Below, piece by piece: positions 53,610 to 64,000 of a DNA stretch of 64,000 bases. The DNA comes from Heptranchias perlo (taxonomy: Eukaryota). The stretch is from contig NC_090333.1 of the NCBI RefSeq assembly GCF_035084215.1, forward strand, positions 58,776,001-58,840,000. The letters run 5' to 3'. The stretch's first letter is position 1; the number at the start of each line of letters is the position of its first letter. Position numbers and translations under genes: made by a program. The notes under the pieces are model-generated. The model did not search any database. It saw only the letters and a program-made list of their open reading frames with translations, and was not told the origin of the DNA.

Positions 53610-53960
53610 TGATGGAATGAAACACTTTCTGCTAGCTTGAAAGGTATTTGAAATAAGTTTTCACTGTCTCAATCTAGTTGCTAAAAGGTATGAGCCCACA
53701 GCACAAAACTGTCCCTTAATTGGCACAAAAAATGGTGAACTCACTTCAAGAGGTCGTAAGGATAACTTATGTACGAAGTATGAAATTTCACATTGATGTA
53801 GTTGGGGATGCTGTTCTGAGTTTGGGATGGATTGGAGGAAGCTTCAATTCAGCTGGCTGATATACTTGATCTTGGACTGTAAACTGACACTGGATGACAA
53901 AATGGAGGGGAAGTGAGAGACAGCGTTCTTGTTAATTTTTGTGATGTTTTTCCTTTTCAG

Positions 53961-54076
53961 CCCTGTGCTGTTGCAGGATCTCTTACACTTGTGCAGGACC
54001 CTGCAGCCTCGATTTCCCGCACTTGGAAACAGGATGCTGGCTGAAAATTACCGTGTGGCAGCAATATGGGAGAGAG
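53961..54076 (+). CDS. MRPL37: MRPL37 exon 3
   Basis: PVLLQDLLHLCRTLQPRFPALGNRMLAENYRVAAIWER. Boundaries ttttcag / gtcag, 116 nt, phases match neighbours. Confidence 0.92.
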
Positions 54077-55254
54077 GTCAGTCAGTGGGACTTCTGTTTG
54101 AGTAGCACTGTGTAAGAATGTCTTTGCTCATGGGCATCACCAGAAAAGGAAAAGGGGCAATCCTTTTCTAGGATGTATTCTCACCCACTGCAAATGCAAC
54201 ACTCTTCTGCGTCATTTCTAACAAAAACAAAATGTGGTTTTGCCCATTCATGGAAACTGTTGACAATATCCCACAAATACATTTGCTTACATGACATCAG
54301 TAATTGTACTTCAAAAATATTATTACTGGAAAGCTCAAACACTTCAATAAATACAGGTATATTATAATATGAACTGATTTTTTCATAAGATTAATTTACT
54401 AATTAATGTTTTTATGTGCTTAATATAAATTATTTCTATTTTTAATGCTTTGAAGTAAAAGCAAACAAAAAGAAATGAATCTTTAAGGCTGGTTTGGGCT
54501 GTATGTTTATTACTTTGCAGTGCCCGTAGGTATTTAATAAAAATAATTAGATTAGGCAGTTAGGAAACCTTTATTTCCTGCTCAGATTTTCTGGTTATGA
54601 TCAACATAAGTCGTTAGTTAATGTAACAGAAGGTACCAGGAACAGCCAGCTAATGATTAATCAAATATTATATTTTATATGTTTTGTAAAACAAAGAAGA
54701 ACCTGAATCAGAAACTGAGGACTCAACACCTAGATTTTAGTATAGCTTATGCATTAACCCTTTGAAGATTCCAGAAGCAATTTTTTCATCAAAATAATTG
54801 AATGGGTAATGGATATACACTTGAAAAGGAAAATTTTGAAGGGCTATGGAGAAAGAGCAGGGGAATGGGACTAATTGGATAGCTCTTTCAAAGGGCCAGC
54901 ACAGGCACGATGGGCTGAATGGCCTCCTGTGGTATATAATTCCATAGAAGTATTTTTCAAAACTTTGAGTAAGAAGCATTCAGTGCATTTACTGTGCCAA
55001 AAAATAAATATAGGGCAGTTAGGTGCCCTCCTGCTACCTCAGTTGACAAATGCACTTTCTATTGTGAAGTTGAGCCATATCGCCTTGAACGTTCCAGGTT
55101 TGAACCCAGTCTGTGCTGAGTTAGCTGATTATGATCTCAGCCAAGCACGCATTTATTGGCCATAGCACAGCTGAAAAACAGAAAAGATTCCTGTTATTCA
55201 GCAACTCTAACTGGAATGAAAAAGGAAGTAGGTACCCGAAAAGAAAAGCTAGGT

Positions 55255-55360
55255 TCAGTTTTGATGAAGGGTTTATACCCAAAATTATGATCTGTCCTCT
55301 CTATTTTCAGATGTTGATTGACCTGCTGTGTGCTTCCAGCATTATTCAGATTTTCAACAT
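55255..55360 (+). mobile_element. Decayed Penelope pseudo-LTR of a second family with a hammerhead relic
   Basis: tTGATGA-a-GGGT-ttat-ACCC-aAAA followed by cagatgttgattgacctgctgtgtgcttccagcatt. From memory this resembles a common elasmobranch Penelope terminal repeat. Confidence 0.55.
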
Positions 55361-55369
55361 TTGAAGTTT

Positions 55370-56250
55370 TTCATAGAATCATAGAAAGTTACAGCACACA
55401 AGGAGGCCATTCGGCCCATCGTGTCTGTGACGGCCGAAGAAGAGCTATCCAGCTTAATCCCACTTTCCAGCACTTGGTCCGTAGCCCTGTAGGTTACGGC
55501 ACTTCAGGTGCACATCCAAGTACTTTTTAAATGAGTTGAGAGTTTCTGCCTCTACCACCCTTTCAGGCAGAGAGTTCCAGACCCCCACCACCATCTGGGT
55601 GAAAAAAATTCTCCTCTGCTGCCCTCTAATCCTTCTCCCAATTACTTTAAATCTATACCCCTGGTTATTGACACCTCTGCTAAGGGAAATATGTCCTCCC
55701 TATCCACTCCATCTGGTCCAGTCATAATTTTATATACCTCAATTAAATCTCCCCTCAGCCTCCTTTGTTCCAAAGAAAACATCTCCAGACTATCCAATCT
55801 TTCTCATAGCTAAAATTCTCCAGCCCTGGCACCATCCTCGTAAATCTCCTCTGTCTCCTCTCTAGTGCAATCACATCTTTCCTGTAATGTGGTGACCAGA
55901 ACTGTACGCAGTACTCAAGCTGTGGCCTAACCAATGTTTTATACAGTTCTAGCATAACCTCCCTGCTCTTATATTCTATGCCTCAGCTAATAAAGGAAAG
56001 TATCCCGTATACCTTTTTAACCACCTTATCTACCTGTCCTGCTACCTTCAGGGATCTGTGGATATGCATTCCAAGGTCCCTTTGTTCCTCTACACCTCTC
56101 GGTATCCGCCTATTTATTGTGTATTCCCTTGCTTTGTTTGCCTTCCCCAAATGCATTACCTCACGCTTCTCTGGATTGAATTCCATTTGCCATTTTTTTG
56201 CCCACTTGACCAGTCCATTGAAATCTTCCTGCAGTCTACAGCTTTCCTCA
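55370..56250 (-). mobile_element. CR1 LINE 3' portion in MRPL37 intron 3
   Basis: WAKKWQMEFNPEK...RPQLEYCVQFWSPHYRKDVIALER; catagaatcatagaa tail. Confidence 0.92.
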
Positions 56251-56385
56251 CCCATGAAGCTGTACCCAAGCAAGGAGTCAGCACCCTCAGGAAAGGGAAA
56301 ATTATAGGGCAGCTGATTGTACAAGACTGTGGCTCAAGTCCTTTTGTCAGTTCACTGTTTAATGAATATTTTCTTCTCTTTGCAG

Positions 56386-56571
56386 AGTCTGACATATTCC
56401 GGGTTTGTGGTTTGAATGGAATCCTCTTGAGTAGTAAGCAGCCTTTACCAGCAGTAGCAGGAAAAGAAGAGATATTAAGCACTGAAAGCCACGCCCTCCC
56501 GTCCTTCTATCCCATCTCTCCTAACATTGACCTGCAGCAAACACATGTCTATGAAGTACGCAATGATACAG
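56386..56571 (+). CDS. MRPL37: MRPL37 exon 4
   Basis: (E)SDIFRVCGLNGILLSSKQPLPAVAGKEEILSTESHALPSFYPISPNIDLQQTHVYEVRNDT(G). Boundaries tttgcag / gtggg, 186 nt. Confidence 0.94.
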
Positions 56572-57036
56572 GTGGGTTTTTTGATAGAAGGTTCTTTGGT
56601 ACAAGTCCTGTAGTGTGACTGGCAGGAAATAGTTTCTTATCCATCATTCACCAATCAATGGGGAAGGTGAAAAAAAATCAGTCTACCAGCATTGTTCACA
56701 TGCACCTTAGCACTCATTTAGAGAGTTAAATTGGCAAAACCCTGAGTATCACTTGCTTGTTTGTGCTGTTAATGGGGACTAGTATGGTGAAGGGACTGTA
56801 GGAAGGAAAGAAATATCCCTAATGGTGCATAAAAGGGATAAATGTCATCTGAAAATTATTTTAAAATTTCAGTTTAATAATGTTATTTTTGAGAAAATGA
56901 AAGTGTATTTTAATTTTAGACAATCAAGCACTCTCAAGTCAGTGGGGTTTACTTGCAGTGTTCTTTACGTAGTTAGCACCTCCTACATATATATTCCTCT
57001 CACCCATTTACAAATCTCTTAATTGTGTTGATACAG

Positions 57037-57191
57037 GTTTCCGTGATGGGTACCCTTTTCCTCACGCGCACACACTGTATATTACAGAGTCCTCTATTAC
57101 CATGGCAAGGTTCAAACCAGAACCACTGAGGGCCAAGATGATCATGTTCACATTTGCAAATGCCCTAGCAAGGGCCAAGCTGCTTTATGGT
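57037..57191 (+). CDS. MRPL37: MRPL37 exon 5
   Basis: (G)FRDGYPFPHAHTLYITE...LRAKMIMFTFANALARAKLLYG. Boundaries atacag / gtaagt, 155 nt. Confidence 0.94.
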
Positions 57192-57832
57192 GTAAGTGTT
57201 GGTGTCTCTGGTACAAATAGTGCAATCTGTATCAGTTAAAGTAGGAATTCCACTTATAATTAATATGTTTGTGTGGTTAAAAGTACTTGAATTTGGTAGT
57301 GCAATGGCATTCAACTTTAGCTCCGTACCATTTAGTGGTATGGTGCCAATGGAAGCTGTTGCATCTCCCAGTTGGGGAGCAGGAAAAATCAGAAGGGAAC
57401 GTCCCACCTGGCATCTACTAGCAAATCATTGCAGGAAGCATGGCTGCGGCTCACTGAAACCCCTTTATCTGTAAGTTAAGTGTGGTGGATAAAGGGGTTT
57501 ACTCAGATAAACAGTCCCATGAGGGCAAGAAAAATTGGAATTTCCTAAAAACACAATCTATATCTAACCTAACAGGCTTTTAATGCACAGCTCAGCTAAA
57601 ATATTCTGTATAATTATGTTCAGTTGTTTATAGTGTGATATATTATAGAGAACTTTGAATTTAATGTCTGACTTCTCTTCACATAATTGAATGTAGCTGA
57701 AATGATCTGGAATCATGTTTATTGTACTGATTGTTTCATCTGTAATGTATGGAATAGAATAAAACATTGTTTTGCAACTGTTGAGAGCTGATAGCAGGTG
57801 CACCTGCTAACTTACTATTTTCTACCTCACAG

Positions 57833-58036
57833 GAGGAGCCAAAGGTGTTGGACAATCCTATCACAGTACAATGTATTGCTACGAATGGAAGGATGTTCCA
57901 GTTCCTGGTGTTACAGCTAAATACCACAGATCTACAATCAAATGATGGTGTGAAAAACCTAATTTGGTTGGACCAAGATCAGCTGCTGTACGACTATGCA
58001 AAGTGCCTCCCAACAATCAGAAAGAAAATAGTCCAG
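57833..58036 (+). CDS. MRPL37: MRPL37 exon 6
   Basis: EEPKVLDNPITVQCIATNGRMFQFLVLQLNTTDLQSNDGVKNLIWLDQDQLLYDYAKCLPTIRKKIVQ. Boundaries ctcacag / gtaagt, 204 nt. Confidence 0.95.
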
Positions 58037-58566
58037 GTAAGTACAAGTGGAATTGTCAGGGAAGTGATGCTTAATAAAAGGTTTCAGCAATGGCAGTGAA
58101 ACATTTTTGTATCAGTGTTTACCTGCCCTGCACGCTGATGGCGGCAGCCTTCCATTACCTCACCCTAATAGCTAGTCCTCGAGAGGCATGTCATTGGGTT
58201 AGTTCTTATGTGGATGTCACACTTTACAGCAGTGTAGGAACCTTGGCTGATTTTTTTTCTCTCGCTTGCTCTCCTAGCCCTATTGTATTGTCTCACCATC
58301 ACAATGACTGAGCTCAGCCTACTCAGCTGAGACCAAGGACTGAACTTACTGTGCATTTAACTGAGCACTTTGATCAGTTTCAATGAGCTAGTAAACTTGG
58401 ACCTTATTGTAAGTAAGCTTTCTTCATGGTTTGCATCATATGAGTCCCACACTAAGTTAATTGGACAAGGTTTCTGCAGAAGAGTTGTAAGATTTTTTGT
58501 TTCCAAAACTTGTAGATCATTGTGTTATCTGCGTGTGTTCAGAGATTGATGGTTTCTTCTCTCTAG

Positions 58567-58644
58567 GTTCCTGCTGGGCTGTCTGGATATTGTCCAGAGA
58601 CATTCAGTAAGTTCCTTGCCTTGTACTTGCACGGAGCTGTATAG
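58567..58644 (+). CDS. MRPL37: MRPL37 last exon
   Basis: VPAGLSGYCPETFSKFLALYLHGAV*, matching the known FLALYLHGA C-terminus. The seven exons sum to 1248 nt (415 aa + stop). Confidence 0.94.
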   Translation, partial: VPAGLSGYCPETFSKFLALYLHGAV

Positions 58645-60340
58645 AATCACATGGACAACAGTTCACTCTTATCATGAAGAACTGTTACTTACCTGGAAAT
58701 GTCAGGGAAACAAAGGAGCTTGGTTGGATACCAGCAGAAGAAATAGACTGTAAACTGATATGAAGTACAAACAACAGTGTAGACATAGACAAAATCAATA
58801 TTGCATGGACTTTTATAAAGAGACTTTTATGAGCTGAGACATTAGTGTATGTTCAAGACTATGATCTTCATTTCAAGATGGAAACTTTGTGGATAATGCT
58901 ACTTTATTAAATATTTTTTTCACAATCTGTGTAATGTTCATTTGTACCATAATGCCCAGTTTCAGCCCAAGACAGCATCTGTACAACAGAAACAATGCAC
59001 TAACTAAAGCAAGTGCCAAGATAAATGTATTCCTTTTATATGTTGTAAAAAAGTCCATCTCTAATATTTTAGCATTTTCAATTTCAGTTGCTAAACAAAA
59101 TTGCAACTTAATTCATGTGAAAAACTCTAGCCCCTCGTATAATGTCGCATCCCTATTAAAATTCATATGTCGGCCATGTGCTCCATTGAAAATTGCTATG
59201 TAAACATTTTTTATTGGAATTCCAATATGTCCCAATATTAATATATCCACAGTTACCTGTCATGCAACTAAGTCATACTTTAATTGGATTTCCACTGTTC
59301 ACCTGGACATATCACCATGTGCTGCTGTGTTATCATTTCCCTACAACTCACTCAAGTGCTTGCTGAAAACAATATCTGCCATTTTTCTTCAATGAAGTTT
59401 CTAATGTCCAAAATAAGGTTTAACAAAAAAATTTAAATTGTTTACATATTTCACAACAGGAATTAAGTTTGTCTATTAATTTACTTTCTAATACCTTTAT
59501 TAAAGTTTCTACCTGAAGGCCTCAGCCAGATGTGTGGGGCCATTTCTCAGGACGCATCAGTACCAAACTGCTAAACTGCTGCAATATTCTTCTTTAGCTT
59601 CTAGTAGTTTGTACGGTTTTTCAGAATTATGGAGAGAAAGGCTAAAAGACAAGCTTTAGTCAAGTAAAGTTTGTATTAGCCTCTTTTTAAAAAAAAAATA
59701 CCCATGTATGAGTAAAATGTACACTAAATACACACTTGTTGTAGCTTGTGTTCTATACATATCAAAGTGTATTAAGTGGATAGTCTTTACTTATCCTAAT
59801 TTAGGATCATTTTTCAAAAAATGAATTTTGAAGCCAAAAGCAAACCTAATTATTGCCTGTATTTTATTAACTGTTAAAGTATAAAAATTTTAATTACTGA
59901 CATCTGTGAATCAGACACAGCTAGAGGCAGACATATGTTATGCTAAAACGGCATATGGGATCCTGGGCTTTATAAATAGAGGCATAGAATACAAAAACAA
60001 GGAAGTTATTCTAAACCTTTATAAATCACTAACTTTGGGCACCACACTTTAGGAAGGATGTCAAGGCCTGGGAGAGGGTGCAGAGGAGATTTACTAGAAT
60101 GGTACCAGGGATGAGAGACTGGCGACACTGGGATTTTCACCTTAGAGAAGGTTAAGGGGAGATTTAATAAAGGTGTTCAAAATTATGAAGGGCTTAGATA
60201 GGGGGAAATTGTCTCCACTGGCAGGAGGGACGACAACCCGAGGACACAGATTTAAGATAATTGGCAGAAGAGCCAGGCTGGTTATTTTTTTTAAACACAG
60301 CAAGTTGTTACAATCTGGAATACACTACCTGAAAGGATGA

Positions 60341-60583
60341 TGATGTGGAGATGCCGGTGATGGACTGGGGTTGACAATTGTAAACAATTTTACAACACCA
60401 AGTTATAGTCCAGCAATTTTATTTTAAATTCACAAGCTTTCGGAGGCTACCTCCTTCCTCAGGTGAACGATGTGGAAATCGTTTCCACATCGTTCACCTG
60501 AGGAAGGAGGTAGCCTCCGAAAGCTTGTGAATTTAAAATAAAATTGCTGGACTATAACTTGGTGTTGTAAAATTGTTTACAAG
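60341..60583 (-). mobile_element. Miniature fold-back Penelope-like insertion nested in a CR1 LINE
   Basis: Perfect arms 60378-60478 and 60482-60582 (101 bp, loop tcg). 37-nt tail tgatgtggagatgccggtgatggactgggg.... TSD tgaaaggatga at 60330-60340 and 60584-60594. Confidence 0.92.
60493..60531 (+). ncRNA. Minimal type-I hammerhead ribozyme motif (mirror copy on minus strand at 60429-60467)
   Basis: ttcac-CTGAGGA-a-GGAGG-tag-CCTCC-GAAA-gc-TT-gtgaa: 5-bp stem I, 5-bp stem II, AGCT palindrome. Confidence 0.82.
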
Positions 60584-63361
60584 TGAAAGGATGATGGAAG
60601 CAGATTCATTAGCAACTTTCAAAAAGGAATTGGATATGTACGAAAAGGAAAGATTTCCAGGGCTATGGAGAAAGGCAGGGGAGTGAGACTAATTGGATAA
60701 CTCTTTCAAAGAGCCAGCACAGACATGATGAACTGAATGGCCTCCTTCTGTGCTGTAAGATTCTAATATTCTACATAGTATCTTCATCCTAAATAGATTT
60801 TTTTAATATAAAAACAAGCTGGTTTAATTTTGAAAGTAAGTAAAACCTCTGAGGGACACTAATAGAAGAGGAAATAGGTTATGAGAGGGTATCTGACAGA
60901 AGTGAGAGAGAAAGAAACACAGACAACAGACACAGGTAAGAGAGATATGCCACTAGTTGTGAATTAAAATCTAGGGTGGTAAGAAGCCAGAGAAAACTTT
61001 CCCTTCCCCAGGAGAGGCTTTACACCTATGCCTCACAGGAAACATGGAGTGGTCCATAATCTGCTACTTAAGGTTCTGTGGCTATTAAATAGTTAAACAG
61101 CCTGTGGACCCAAATATTGCCGTCTCACAGCGTGGTCAAGATATGCACAGCTAGCCTCAGCTAGGTAAAGATACTTTTTAAGAAGGCTAGGTTTTGGCTT
61201 AGGGAACTGTGTATATTTCTCAGAGCACACTCAAGACTGTAGATATGTTGCTAGATGGCCTTGCAGGATAATTTTTTTTGACTGCCCATTAATTTCTCTT
61301 TAGATATGATTGGAATGTGGCAGGTGGCATAATACCATTTGCCAGCAGTGCCCTCTGCTTCCTTTTGATCAATTCCATTGGTAGTAACATAAGGTTGAGA
61401 GTGGCACAGCAATCAATGATGTAATTGTGAACAGCTTGGCATAGCTCTTGCTTTCCATTGACCATGTTCAACACTATTGGGAAACCTTGGGCATCTGGAC
61501 AGTTACCTTCAGCAAAAAAAAAAGGCAGTTCTTGGGTGTCTTGGACAAGATGCTGATCTCACAATGAAGGGTGATTACCAGATCAGAGTGGCTATAAGCG
61601 ATCGAGCCACAAGAAAAATATTGCTGACCACAAAACCAAAGACTGGTGATATGTTCTTATGAGTCTAACCTAAGAAATAGGAGGAGTAGTAGGCCATAAG
61701 CCCCCTGGAGCCTGCTCTGCCATGGCTGATCTTTGACCTCAATGGCAATTGACTCAATGGCCATTGATATGGCTAACGATTTTCTTGCTTTCCCAGCTGA
61801 AGCTAGACCCTGCCAGCCATTCAGTAACTTAGCACTCCCTGTTAAGGTAACTGCAGAGTGAAGGAGAGATGCTAAGCAAATCTTTGCAGTAGCTCTATCA
61901 CTCTGCAGGGCAAGCAAGAGCTGTTGCAAAGATAGATGATGCAGGACTCCCCTGAGGCCAGGAAGAATTGGGACAGAACACAATGCTGAGTTGGTATCCA
62001 ACCCAATAAGCCATAGTAAGACTCAGCTGCATAGAGATTAGAAAAGCTGGTGGAGCATGCTGTACAAATAGGGGTCTTAACTAGTTTGCTGGAAGGGACA
62101 TCGTGTTGCCAAAATGGTATTTAAATTCTTAAAAAGATGTCTTGGAACTGTCCTTCTGAGGCTGAATAAGACTCAGACATACATACTCTTAGAAGTTCAG
62201 AGTGTAGCCGTGCTTTCATCGCAGTGAGCTGAAAACTACCGTGGAATCTCATATATAGTTCTTTGAGTTGTGATATCAGATGATTTGGAAGCCCGCCAAG
62301 TAATCAGCGAAGAACGTGCTGGATTTCACTTGAGGAATTCGTAGGGCAGGTGGTGACTTTATACAAGATCACAGAGCATTTTAAGTTTCAGAGCAAATCC
62401 ACTTACATTGCTTTCATCAATTTTCAAAAGATTTTTGACCTCATGCCTGGAAGCTATGGGTGTACAGTGCCAAATCTTGGACTTTATCCAGATACATACT
62501 TGAGCAACCAAGATACAGCCAAGGGTTGCTGAGACACTCACTAAACCTCTCTCAAGAGGATTGCCTTTTCACTATCATCTTCAATAATGTGTTAGGTAGG
62601 TGTGCAAGGGACAGACTCTCAATTGGCCAGGTATTTCTAAAAATACTTTTCATTGATGATATCCCCTCAGCTGGGGCTGTAATGCACTCTACCACAATCT
62701 TTAACAATAGACTAAGCAGTAGGAAATAGTGGTAGGTGCATAGCTTAAGAGGAGCTCTAAAAAGTATCGATTGGACACAGACAACCAGGACTGTGCAGAG
62801 AAGGAATGAAGGGTATTTTACTGTTATTGAAAAAGGCCAAAGTCCCACTGTAGGTTGTCACATACAGGACGTGTGCAGGCAGTTATCTTCAAGTTCAGAA
62901 CTCCGAGGTAAGCATGCACAATCCAGGACCAAACTGTGAATGGAGTTATGGCAAAAAGGGGAAGCAGTTCTGGCCTACACTTGAGTACCTTGGAGGGGGA
63001 TTCAGCCAGCAGGCAGGTACAACTCTGTTTCAGGACCCAGATGAACTAGTTGATGAGTGAACCTTATATACAGCACCAGGTCTGTCATCGAGAACACAAA
63101 GGTGGCTGGCACAGCTCAAGCTGCTTTGTGCCAGTCAGTGAAGGCACAAGTCCACTGTATAACTGATAAGGAAAGTCAAGAGTTTAGATAACAGCTACTG
63201 GAAGGTATTACCCAGAGGCTGGGCATAAGAACACATGCTCAGAGATCCAAGGCTTAGTACTTATAATTGGGTTGCAGAGTGTAAGCAGCTGCTGAAACAC
63301 AGTACCTCTAACGGGTAGAATCACCATTTGATAAAGTATGGGCACATCTTACTCTTTTTAA

Positions 63362-63682
63362 AAAAAAAATTCATTCATGGGATGTGGGCATCACTGGCAA
63401 GGCCAGCATTTATTGCTCATCCCTAATTGCCCTCGAGAAGGTGGTGGTGAGCCACCTTCTTGAACCACTGCAGTCCATGTGGTGAAGGTTCTCCCACAGT
63501 GCTGTTAGGTAGGGAGTTCCAGGATTTTGACCCAGCGATGATGAAGGAAGGGCGATATCTTTCCAAGTGAGGATAGTGTGTGACTTGGAGGGGAACGTGC
63601 AGGTGGTGTTATTCCCACGTGCCTACACTCTTTGTCCTTCTAGGTGGTAGAGGTCGTGGGTTTGGGAGGTGCTGTCGAAGAA
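63362..63682 (-). mobile_element. CR1-clade LINE 3' end (source of a SINE tail)
   Basis: Minus strand reads WNSLPNSTVGEPSPHGLQWFKKVAHHHLLEGN*, then a short UTR with AATAAA. Confidence 0.75.
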
Positions 63683-64000
63683 CTGCGGTTGGGAGGATGC
63701 TGGCAATGCGTCTGCACATTTTATCTGACTGTAATTCTTACCCTGCTACTTCAGAGGAGCGCCTGGCACCTGCTGGCCACCCACTGAGCTCAAACCCATA
63801 TTTGTCAATTGCCTAATGATGAACTAGAGCCATCCTTGTGGGTTAAGGTGTGGTCTCTTTGCCAGGTATATCATCCTGGACCCCAACTAGTTCAGAACCT
63901 AGTTTACTTCTGCCGGAATCTCAGTGATCCAATACCTGAACCAGTGCGTTGTTAACCGACCAGCCGACCTGGAGGCTAGATCCCTCGCTAGGGACCAGAA

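Larger units (their letters stand above)
59945..60775 (+). mobile_element. CR1 LINE 3' portion interrupted by the Penelope hairpin
   Basis: ggcatatgggatcctgggctttataaatagagg.... Removing 60341-60594 restores ctacctgaaaggatgatggaagcagattc. Confidence 0.88.

Noticed and set aside
62170-62720. Faint RT-like motifs (YIAFINFQKIFD, ILFIDDI)
   Set aside because: Probably a heavily decayed LINE, but too degraded to classify or bound.
59200-64000. Possible SSBP3 3' end expected from human synteny
   Set aside because: No recognisable SSBP3 coding sequence; AT-rich UTR-like DNA alone is insufficient evidence.

Overview
This is eukaryotic vertebrate genomic DNA, most likely from a shark or other cartilaginous fish (inferred from the SacSINE1/Deu-domain SINEs, HER1/CR1-type LINEs and Penelope repeats). 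It holds three spliced protein genes in the same order as human 1p32. CDCP2 is on the minus strand, with a signal-peptide exon plus three CUB exons; its 3' exon(s) lie beyond the window start. CYB5RL is on the minus strand (6 coding exons, 310 aa) and MRPL37 is on the plus strand (7 exons, 415 aa); these two are head-to-head across a CpG-rich promoter. Most non-coding DNA is decayed CR1/L2 LINEs, several SINE families and MITEs. The most striking signal is three young Penelope-like (PLE) insertions built as near-perfect fold-back palindromes (arms of 395, 86 and 101 bp). Each has a 34-40 nt unpaired conserved 3' tail, an 11-15 bp target-site duplication and minimal type-I hammerhead ribozyme motifs with co-varying stem II. 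One also keeps a GIY-YIG endonuclease fragment and a telomerase-like 12-nt reiteration at its inversion junction. All coordinates were read by eye, and the boundaries of decayed repeats are approximate.
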